Below, one piece after another: positions 35,687-44,363 of a stretch of DNA of 64,000 bases. The position numbers were made by a program, and so were the translations under genes. Source of the stretch: Mobula birostris (lineage: Eukaryota); NCBI RefSeq assembly GCF_030028105.1, contig NC_092395.1, positions 44,048,459 to 44,112,458 of the forward strand. The letters run 5' to 3'. The notes under the pieces are model-generated. The model was not told where the DNA came from and did no database searches. It saw nothing but the letters and a program-made list of their open reading frames with translations. Every line of letters starts with the position of its first letter. Position 1 is the first letter of the stretch.

Positions 35687-36733
35687 ATAATTCTTTTTCA
35701 TATTCGTGCTGTCTGGCCTGCTGGAGTTCCTCCCGCATTTATGTGTATGCACCAAATAAACATATTCCTCTGTTATCGAGGTCGTTATGAGACCCGACCT
35801 CCAGATGATGACGTGGGTGCTCACGAAGGTCTCCACTGACAAAACGTAGCGGGAACGGCAAATCTCAATTATAAAGCGGAAGTGGTACATTGTCGAAACA
35901 ATAAGTGAGGACTCGGAGGGTGCCAACATGTAGCATGGCCGTGGATGAATGTACGGAAACTATCGAACCTCCCGTCCCAGTGCCACCCTCCCTCCCCGAC
36001 CTCACACCACTGATTACATGGGGATCGCCATATTAAGAAACACGATACCTGGTTTACGGAAGTTTCCAACCCTGTACTCCCCGGGAAAGCCGGCCTGTTG
36101 AAGTCGAAACTTACTGGGGCACAGGCCCCTGACAGCAATTGATCCCATGACTAATCCTCTTCCTTTCCTAGACACGTTTTTGGAGCGTCCATGGCGGAGT
36201 TACAGGAGCGCAAGTCAGCCACAGGAACAACTTTTCAGAAATTGGTCAAAAGGAGAGCTTTCCGGAGAAACTAGCTGTCCATATTAGGAAAAAACCGGCC
36301 TGCTCAGACACGGCAGATTGATTCCATCAAAATCCCGCCACGGCAGCAACGATTTAAACATTCGCACAGTGTGCTTGACGCCAATTGGAGTCGTATAATA
36401 ACAATTCCCTGTATATAGGCGGTTCAAGATCATACTCCGACCTCATGCACTTCTTCGCTTATGGGTATCTTTTTCTCACCTCATCAATTCTGTCCACTCC
36501 AGGTCTGTCTGTTTGTCTGTCTCTCTGTCTCTTCCTCTCTCCACCGCCCCACTTTCCCTCCGCCACCAACTGCAAGACTGCAGGATTTTTCACCTTATTT
36601 GAACTCCCGGGCGACATTGGTCGGTGCCGTCTCGCCCGCGCGAGTTACCTCCCTCCTCCCACCCGGATGAGAATGGGAAGTGCATACAAGAGAACAAGAC
36701 TCACACACGGAAATCATTCCTGCACTGAACATC

Positions 36734-36739
36734 TTTATT
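36734..36739 (-). terminator. PolyA signal AATAAA of IgL cluster 1
   Basis: TTTATT ~340 nt past the C stop; conserved in both clusters. Confidence 0.8.
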
Positions 36740-37079
36740 AGCAGTTTGTGGCAGTTACCATCTGTCAGTCTGACACTGATGAGAAATCATTAATACATTC
36801 ATTAATAACTTCAATTAGATCCATCCCTGGTAACAGAGAAAACAATTCACCAGCTGATATTTCTAATGATGACAAGAAACAGGCCACTTTTACACCACGT
36901 AACTTCTCGGCGAATGAAACAGAACAAAATCAGTCTCGGGTGCAAATATTCTAACAACACAATGGAAACCACAGAGTTCTGATCAGAGTTCGGAGTACAG
37001 TGAAGAGAGTGATAGAGGGGGTGAAAATGCAGAAAAAAATCTGTTGTTCGGAGAAAACAAGTACGAAGTCACGCTCTGT

Positions 37080-37402
37080 TTACCAGCGTGACTGTGTGAC
37101 TGTTGCGGATGTTGTCGAGGCTGCTCCTTGTTGAACTGAGCAGGAGTACCTCTTCCCACTGCTCCAGTCTGCGCCGGGCACCGTCAGGTAGCTGCTGAGG
37201 CTGAAAGTGCTGTCAGTGTGCCGCCTCGCTGCGCTGGTTTTCACATCACGGCTGGTCAGACTCCCGTCCACTGTCCAGCTGACGACAGGGAAACCCACCG
37301 ACAGCTTACTGACCAGGCAAACTAAGATGTCGGTTCCTTTAGCGGAGATCTCCTCGGTAGGCGGCCCAAGCAGTTTTACTGAAAGGTCGGGGAGCTGCTG
37401 AT
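37080..37402 (-). CDS. IgL-sigma: Ig light chain sigma-type C exon, cluster 1 (open frame, but acceptor AG>GG and terminal Cys>Trp)
   Basis: DQQLPDLSVKLLGPPTEEISAKGTDILVCLVSKLSVGFPVVSWTVDG...SSYLTVPGADWSSGKRYSCSVQQG...SRW*. C1-set Cys/Trp/Cys present. The acceptor reads TCCGG|AT versus TCCAG|AT in cluster 2. Confidence 0.9.
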
Positions 37403-37789
37403 CCGGATCGGGAACAAGAGGAGACAAGTTTCAGGTCACTGAATATCTCGCGGTATTTCACAGTTGGATGGAAGGGCGAGTGAAAGGTTCCAGCTTCCAA
37501 GAATGGGGCCCAGGGTTTCGCTAGGGTGCACGTCAGTGCCGATGGAGGGCAGTGCATTTTAGTCAGTACTGAAGAACTAGACATTTGTGGACAAATCCCT
37601 GTTTGAGGATTCTCCTGTCGAGTCTCTAGATTCCAGCTTCACCAGCTCGGTGACATCACTCCAGCTCTTGGGATCCACCTTGGCCTGTGCCAGCAGTGAC
37701 ACGTTTATTCCCTTTGCTCCATCCACTCATCAACAATGCGCCGCCTCCCACCCGTGTCACCCACAGCTCTTATGTGAGTAAACTTATTT

Positions 37790-40472
37790 ATAGACAATAG
37801 ACTATAATAGGTGCAGGAATAGGCCGTTCGGTCCTTCGAGCCAGCACCGCCATTCACTGGCATCATGGCTGATCATGCACAATCAGTATCCAGTTCCTGC
37901 CTTATCCCCATAACTTTTGTTTCCGCTATCTTTAAGAGCTCTATCCATCTCTTTCTTGAAAGCATCCAGAGACTTGGCCTCCACCGCCTTCTGGGGCAGA
38001 GCATTCTATATATCTACCACCGGCTGAAAAAGTTTTTCCTCAACTCTGTTCTAAATGGCCTACCCCTTATTCTTAAACTGTGGCCTCTGGTTCTGGACTC
38101 ACCCATCAGCGGGAACATGATTCCTGCCTCCAGCGTGTCCAATCCCTTAATAATCTTATATGTTTCAATAAGATTCCCTCTCAGCGTTCTAAATTCCAGA
38201 GTATACAAGCCCAGTCGCTCCAATCTTTCGACGTATAACAGTCCCGCCATCCCGGGAATTAACCTTGTGAACTTACGCTGCACTCCCTCAATAGCAAGAA
38301 TGTCCTTCCTTAAAATTGGAGACCAAAACTGCACACAGTACTCCAGGTGTGATCTTACCAGGGCCCTGTACAGCTGCAGAAGGACCTCTTTGCTCTTATA
38401 CTCAATTCCCCTTGTTATGAAGGCCAGCATGCCATTAGCTTTCTTCACTCTCTGCTGTACTTGCATGCTTGCTTTCGGTGACTGATGTACAAGAACACCT
38501 AGATCTCGTTGTGCTTCCCCTTTTCCTAACTTGACTCTATTTAGATAATAATCTGCCTTCCTGCTCTCACCACCAAAGTGGATAACCTCACATTTATCTA
38601 CATTAAACTGCATCTGCCATGCATCTGCCCACTCACCCAGCCTGTCCAATTCACCCTGCATTCTCATAACATCCTCCTCACATTTCACACTGCCACCCAG
38701 CTTTGTGTCATCGGCAAATTTGCTAATGTTACTTTTAATTTCCTCATCAAAATCATTAATATAGATTGTAAACATCTGCGGTCCCAGCACTGAACCCTGC
38801 GGTACCCCACTGGTGTCCGCCTGCCATTCCGAAAGGGACCCGTTAACCGCTACTCTTTGTTTTCTGTCAGCCAGCAATTTTCAATCCATGTCAGTACTCT
38901 GCCCCCAATTTTGCCCACTAATCTCCTATGTGGGACTTTATCAAAGGCTTTATGAAAGTCCAGGTACACTACATCCAATGACTCTACCTTGTCCTTTTTC
39001 ATAGTTACATCCTCAAAAAATTCCAGAAGATTAGTCAAGCACGATTTCCCCTTCATAAATCTATGCTGACTCGGACCGGTCCTTTTACTGCTATCCAGAT
39101 GTGTCGTAATTTCATCTTTCATAATTGACTCCAGCATCTTTCCCACCACCAACGTCAGGCTAACCGGTCTATAATTCCCTGTTTTCTTTCTTCCTCCCTT
39201 CTTGAAGAGAGGGACCACATTAGTCAACTCCAGTCTACGGGAACTGATCCTGAATCTATCGAACATTGGAAAATGATTACTAATGCGTCCACGATTTCTA
39301 AAGCCACCACCTTAAGTACCCTGGGCTGCAGACCATCAGGTCCCAAGGACTTATCAGCCTTCAGACCCAACAGTCTATCCAACACCATTTCCTGCCTAAT
39401 ATAAATTTCCTTCAGTTCATCCATTACCCTAGGTCCTTTGGCCACTATTATATCTGGGAGATTGTTTGTGTCTTCCCTAGTGAAGACAGATCGAAAGTAC
39501 CTGTTCAACTTGTCTGCCATTCCCTTGTTCCCCATAATAAATTCACCCGTTTCTGTCTTCAAGGGCCCAATTTTGGTCTTAACTATTTTTTTCCTTTTCA
39601 CATACCTAAAAAAGCTTTTACTATCCACTTTTATATTTTGGCTAGTTTACCTTCGTACCTCATTTATTCTCCGCCTTTTTAGTAACCTTCTGTTCTCTTT
39701 GCTCTTTAAAAGTTTCCCAATCCTCTGGCTTCCCATTCGTCTTTGCTATGTTATACTTCCTCTCTTTTATTTTTATACTCTCCATTATTTCCCTTGTCAG
39801 CCACGGCCTCCCCTTACTCCCCTTAGGATCTTTCTTCCTCTTTGGAATGAACTGATCCTGCACCTTCCGCATTATTCCCAGAAACACTTGCCATTGCTGT
39901 TCCACTGTCATCCCTGCTAGGGTATTGTTCCATTGAACTTTGGCCAGCTCCTCCCTCATAGCACCATAGTTCCCTTTGTTCAACTGTAATACCGACACTT
40001 CCGAGTTTCCCTTCTCCCTCTCAAATTGTAGATTAAAACTTATTTTATTATGGTCACTACATCCTAATGGCTCCTTTACCTCGAGGTCCCTGATCGAATC
40101 CGGTTCATTATACAACACTAAATCCAGAATTGGGTTCTCTCTGGTAGGCTCCAGTACAAGCTGTTCTAAGAATCCATCGCGGAGGGACTCCACAAACTCC
40201 CTTTCTTGGGGTTCAGTACCAACCTGATTCCTCCAGTCTTCCTGCATGTTGAAATCCCCCATAACAACTGTAGCATTACCTTTGCGACATGCCAATTTTA
40301 ACTCTTGATTCAACTTACACCCTACACCCAGACTACTGCTTGGGGGCCTGTAGATAACTCCCATTAGGGTCTTTCTACCCTTAGATTTTCTCAGCTCTAT
40401 CCATACTGACTCTACGTCTCCTGATTCTATGTTCTCCTCGCAAGGGACTGAATATCATTCCTCACCAACAGA
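37790..40472 (-). mobile_element. 5'-truncated, relatively young CR1 LINE (~2.7 kb) in the cluster 1 J-C intron
   Basis: Four long consecutive ORF2 pieces (39660-40364, 39224-39628, 38850-39266, 38014-38877) with SGVPQGSVLGP...FADDTKLGG, and a (TCTATTG)-like tail at ~37790-37810. Absent from the cluster 2 intron. Confidence 0.95.
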
Positions 40473-40591
40473 GGTTACTGCGCTTACCCAGAGTGCAGGG
40501 TAACATGTGCGTGGCCCTGACTTTCACAGAGCTGGTTTAGGGAAGCCACACTGTGACGATGCGGAAGCAATTACTGTGGGCAAAAGAAGGT

Positions 40592-40601
40592 GGGATTCTC
40601 C
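40592..40601 (+). promoter_or_regulatory. NF-kappaB consensus-matching site in the J-C intron (candidate intronic enhancer element)
   Basis: GGGATTCTCC fits GGGRNNYYCC. The aligned position in cluster 2 reads TGGACTTTTCC (31140-31150). Confidence 0.35.
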
Positions 40602-41266
40602 CCAGAATCGAAGCTCTGGCCTTAGTCTGTGTAGTGGCCGCAACCCAAAAGGAGCTTTGCTCAAATGAAAAGGTGTCAGCAGAGAGGAGGCAAGGACGAG
40701 ACAATTGAATGGATGTCTGTAGGACTGTTCTACTCGGAACAGGAAAAACGGAAGTTCAGTAAAAGTACGAGGGAGGTTTCACTGGAGCATCATCATACAA
40801 TAAATTTAAACTTGTAGTTCTGTTGTCTTGATAACCGTGGGCTACATCATATCCCTGGTGATACCTCGGGCCGCATTCTGAGAAGCTGGAACTCCTCACG
40901 TTGGCTTCCAACAAACCAAAGTAAAAGCGACCAGACTGATGGGATTGACTCCGCGCAAACATGGAGTTGGGCGTTCAATTTCAGAAACGAAATATTAAAG
41001 TCCAGATGCCAGGGACACAACTTACGGCACCAGAGAGAAAACACAACTGAAAAGAGAACTTGTTTAAGACGATAACAATTCACAACACAACTCTATATTA
41101 ACTGAACACAACTTCATCAACCCACGATACGTGGCACGATGGAACCGTAAATCGGCGTTTACATTATCAAATTCGCCAAGGAAAAAAATAATGTATAAAT
41201 GATTAATTGCTAGCTGACCATATTCATGCAACTTGTAATTACAGGAGGGATCTCCCAGACACTTAC

Positions 41267-41623
41267 CTATAACAAAGAGCTTGGTCCCTGGGCCGAGCAA
41301 GTAATAGTTGCCCGATGAATCCCACTTTCCGCAGTAATAGACGGCTGCATCGTTCAGCTCCACATTTTTTATGATTAACTGATAAATGGTACCGGCGCTG
41401 TTGACTGTTGACGTGAAACGGTCGCTGCTAAACCCAGACCCGTAGGTCGGGGCGCTGTCCGATTGATGGTAGTACAGGATCCATTGTGGAACTGTTCCCG
41501 GTGTCTGCTTGTACAAATACACATATTGGCTATCCTTTGTTCCGATGTTACATTCCAACGTGGCCGTGCCTCCTGGACTCAGCGACGCAGTCGGAGGCCG
41601 AGTCGGAGTCTGGGATTCTCCAG
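41267..41623 (-). CDS. IgL-sigma: Germline-joined VJ exon, Ig light chain sigma type, cluster 1
   Basis: Acceptor TTTTTTGCAG|CT, donor ATAG|GTAAGT, 357 nt, phase 1-1. Encodes ...SLSPGGTATLECNIGTKDSQYVYLYKQTPGTVPQWILYYHQSDSAPTYGSGFSSDRFTSTVNSAGTIYQLIIKNVELNDAAVYYCGKWDSSGNYYLLGPGTKLFVI. The long CDR2 (YYHxS...YGSGFSSDRFTST) is characteristic of sigma V. Confidence 0.93.
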
Positions 41624-41725
41624 CTGCAAAAAAAGGCAGGGAATCGGCTTTAACCATTAACTCTTTAACATGACCCCTAAAGCCCACATCAACAACCGCT
41701 GGCGGTGCAGCCATGCTGCCCGTAC

Positions 41726-41780
41726 CCAATGTGCCCAGCCACATTGCCAGAGACCAGAAAAAGCACAACGTCTGTATCAT
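41726..41780 (-). CDS. IgL-sigma: Leader exon of IgL sigma cluster 1
   Basis: MIQTLCFFWSLAMWLGTL G|GTACGG; hydrophobic signal peptide with a phase 1 donor; 102-nt intron at 41624-41725. Confidence 0.85.
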
Positions 41781-41858
41781 TGTTGTCCGTCAGCTTCCTA
41801 CGTCCCTTCAGCCGATGGATCAGTGACAGACTGCGGCCGCCGTCTCCGATGTACCCAG

Positions 41859-41900
41859 TTATAGAGCCATTCATACCGGGGAGGAAACCCATGCAAATCA
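41859..41900 (-). promoter_or_regulatory. Ig light-chain promoter: decamer/octamer TGATTTGCAT (41891-41900) and TATAA (41859-41863)
   Basis: Exact light-chain-orientation octamer ~110 nt upstream of the ATG, with a TATA-like box ~30 nt downstream of it. Confidence 0.85.
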
Positions 41901-41924
41901 GGGAGACTCACACTGACCAACCAG

Positions 41925-42165
41925 AGCAACACACACTAAATTCTAGAGGAACTCAGCAGGCCAAGCAGCATCAAGGAAAAGAGTACCATCGCCGTTTCGG
42001 GCCGAAACCCTTTGGTAATATTTGTGCGCTTCTCTATCCTACGCCGGATTCACGCTTTCAATCTCTATTCACTCTTTTCCAAGGTGCTGCCTTTCCAGCT
42101 GAGTTCCTCCGGCATTTTGTGTGTGGTGCTCGGATTTCCAGCATCTGCAGATTTTCTCTTGTTTC
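41925..42165. mobile_element. Inverted pair of Penelope terminal-repeat fragments immediately upstream of the IgL promoter
   Basis: 41927-42012 is the Penelope tail in minus orientation with a truncated hammerhead; 42085-42165 is the same tail in plus orientation. Confidence 0.7.
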
Positions 42166-42984
42166 TGATCAACTAGAGCAAAGGATTTGAAACCTTCCAA
42201 TTCACCGTCTCACACCATCAGGATGAGGCGGTGCCACTGGCGGCAAAGAGCAGATCCGTTGATAAAACAAAAGTGTACGAACAAGTTGTTCTGTGTCTGA
42301 TATCTCCCAAATTTGCACAGAAGGAGCTAGATACAACGGTCTCTGTCCTCTTTTGTTCCCAGCAAAAGTGTAATAGGCAACCCTCTGATCTATAGGCTGC
42401 CGACACACAGGAAGTGCTGCTGGAATCTCGGTGGAAGACCGGTGAATGCTGCCGAACGGGGAAGTCCAGCAGTACGTGCATTGTAGTCGGTGCAGCCAAA
42501 GTTAAAAATACATAGGCTGATCTCCTGATCAATGAAAGGGGAATCGCTATAGGGAGACACATGAGCGGCTACCGTGCCATATTTGTGTGTACTTTTTAAA
42601 GTTTACCTCACTGAATATCACAATCGTAATTGTGAATGTTTACACAGTTTCTTCCCTGATTTTGAAATAAAAAATAATCTTCCCCATTATTTCCCTGATT
42701 CAGTTCTTGCCACTTTCCATTCCTCACACAACCAGGTACAACGGAGCAGACAGTACAGACTTCCTGTTTCCACACGAGTCATTCAGATGTTGAGTTCAAA
42801 TCCACCCTGACTGTTAGGGGGATTGAAGTCTGTCTGAATGTGGGGATGAAATCTGTTTTGACGAACAGTAAGGTGCAGAAAGCTATTGTGTACTTTGGTA
42901 CAAGCAGACAGAGGGAACAACTCCACGATGGATCCTCCGGTATTACTACGCACACACAGTGACCCGATACACAGGCAGAGTTAT

Positions 42985-43365
42985 TCTTTGGAGAGAAGGA
43001 GGATGAGAGGAGACATGATAGAGGTGTACAAGATAATAAGAGGAATAGTTAGAGTGGATAGCCAGCGCCTCTTCCCCAGGGCACCACTGCTCAATACAAG
43101 AGGACATGGCTTTAAGGTAAGGGGTGGGAAGTTCAAGGGGGATATTAGAGGAAGCCTTTTTTCTCACAGAGTGGTTGCTGCGTGGAATGCACTGTCTGAG
43201 TCAGTGGTGGAGGCAGATACACTAGTGAAGTTTAAGAGTCTACTAGGCATGTATATGGAGGAATTTAAGGTGGGGGCTTATATGGGAGGTAGAGTTTGAG
43301 GGTCAGCACAACATTGTGGGCCGAAGGGCCTGTACTGTGCTGTACTATTCTATGTTCTATGTTCC
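42985..43365 (+). mobile_element. CR1 3'-end fragment with (TTCTATG)n tail
   Basis: YSLERRRMRGDMIEVYKIIRGI..VDSQRLFP...TRGH..KVRG. Confidence 0.85.
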
Positions 43366-43404
43366 ATGTAACCCTTTGGGAGAGGGTGCCTCTCATCATA
43401 GGCA

Positions 43405-43650
43405 CTACGGTAGCGTAGTGATTACAACGACGCAATTACAGTTTGTGGAGATCTTCTGTAAAACATTTAATTCTGTCATTGGATGTAAGGAGTTTCTACT
43501 TTCTCTTCGTGAGTGCGGACGTTTCCTTCAGGAGCTCCTGTTCCTCCCACATTCCAAGGACACACAAAGGTTAGTTAATCAACTGGTCATTATAAATGTT
43601 CCTTTGATTAGGCTAGTGTTAAACAGGTTGGTTGGGCCGGAAGGGCTTGT
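43405..43650 (+). mobile_element. tRNA-derived V-SINE/HE1-like SINE (degenerate)
   Basis: A-box-like CGGTAGCGTAGTG head and a central TGCG..GTTTCC..G..GCTCC.GTTCCTCCCACA.TCCAA.GAC core. Confidence 0.55.
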
Positions 43651-44363
43651 TCCTTTATCTTTCGAAGTGACTAAATGAATAAATTATTACCTGTTCATGT
43701 CAGTCTCCAATCCCACTTCATACATTCGGGTGACTGATCCCATTGAGTATCCATACGCACATGTGATCAACAAATATCCAAGGGAATCAACAGCATTTTT
43801 GGGTAGGTGGAGATGGGGAGGGGGGATTCCGGCAACAAGTCGTTGCATAGTGATTTTGTTTTGAGTGTAGTCTGATAAAAGGAACAGGAGCTGTTGCCAG
43901 CTAGAGCAGCTGGGTCTCTGGTCCCTACTTTAGAAAATACTAGACTTCCCCATAGCCCTCTATTTTTCTAATCTCCTTGTAACTATCCAAAAGTCTCATA
44001 AAAGACCCTACTGTAAAGAGATTGCTGGAGGTGCTCATTCTGTAGCTGAAGATAATGAAAGTAATGGGAGACTAGGTGATCGCCATACAGACAGAAGAGC
44101 AGGCAGATTTGCTTGGAGCCCCTGAGTGCACACTGCCGCCTGACTGTATGATATTCAGAGTACTGATGGGAAGTCTTCTCCTGGGCTGGAGGATGAACAT
44201 ATGGTCCTTTGTGTCCGTTGTGCAAGCGGGTCAATTGTGCAGGGAGAGATTAGAATGATCTACAGAGGAACAAGAGAGAAGATTCTTAAAGTTAGCGATC
44301 ACTTGAGTTTACTGTGGCACAGGCATGACTCAGGGCAGGTTTATTGTCTCTATGGTGTCCCTA

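Larger units (their letters stand above)
35000..36430 (+). mobile_element. Class III ERV pol relic (RT end, connection, RNase H start, integrase start); paralogue of 27255-28480
   Basis: SIIKRKWYI...EG (~35865-35925, cf. ERV-L SIIKWKWYI), TWFTEVS and HIRKK-PAQT-QIDSI. Weaker RT remnants (QFPFTF; PGL..QFL..IIW.GKT) lie at 35000-35200. Interrupted by (TA)n and a Penelope-derived insert. Confidence 0.65.

Noticed and set aside
37865-38485. Long plus-strand ORFs opposite CR1 and Penelope (also 53776-54303, 49736-50023)
   Set aside because: Antisense shadows of retroelement ORFs.
40530-40555. CACTGTG as a possible J-type RSS heptamer (also CACAGTG at ~21969, ~31247, ~33061, ~36365)
   Set aside because: No nonamer-like sequence at 12 or 23 nt spacing and no adjacent V or J segment.
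41267-41623. Somatically rearranged B-cell allele captured in the assembly
   Set aside because: A second, diverged locus carries the same junction length and sequence, which points to germline joining before duplication.
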